From assembly GCA_963677765.1 (NCBI GenBank), contig OY782392.1, forward strand, positions 990,001 to 1,022,000: a stretch of DNA of 32,000 nt, written 5' to 3'. Source of the DNA: Candidatus Saccharimonadota bacterium. GTDB lineage: Bacteria > Patescibacteriota > Gracilibacteria > BD1-5 > UBA6164. A model generated the notes under the pieces. The model searched no databases. It had not been told where the DNA came from and saw only the letters and a program-made list of their open reading frames with translations. Of this stretch, positions 31,105-32,000 are shown in pieces. The position numbers and the translations under genes were made by a program. Each line of letters opens with the position of its first letter. Position 1 is the first letter of the stretch.

Positions 31105-32000
<896 letters not shown>

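Overview
This is a very AT-rich, gene-dense bacterial chromosomal segment that only reads as coding under genetic code 25 (UGA = Gly), the code of Absconditabacteria/SR1 and Gracilibacteria in the CPR/Patescibacteria. The supplied standard-code ORF track is therefore mostly gene fragments or antisense artefacts. I re-translated by hand with TGA=Gly and obtained about 30 CDSs, all ending in TAA or TAG and none in TGA. Most are housekeeping genes: truncated polA, htpX, glyQS, dprA, dnaB, a dus-family tRNA-dihydrouridine synthase, topA, valS, ychF, pgeF/yfiH, an rRNA m5C methyltransferase, dedA, secF, an ABC exporter, uppS and a polyprenyl synthase. Small membrane, secreted and TPR proteins of unknown function lie between them. 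Nearly every transcription unit ends in a clear rho-independent hairpin. RNA features are a T-box leader upstream of glyQS, with a textbook antiterminator/terminator but an unusually compact Stem I, and one tRNA-like gene with an over-long anticodon stem. No CRISPR array, transposase, integrase or obvious defence island was seen. The points most worth follow-up are the glycine T-box in a UGA=Gly organism, the aberrant tRNA-like gene, a Pol I gene that stops inside the 3'-5' exonuclease domain, a 590-aa acidic protein with a C-terminal Cys/His (CHAP/NlpC-like) domain and no signal peptide, a self-contained 17-codon mini-cistron in front of a 442-aa TPR protein, and a compositional-outlier small gene that alone carries a strong Shine-Dalgarno site. 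All coordinates and translations were derived manually and need computational confirmation.
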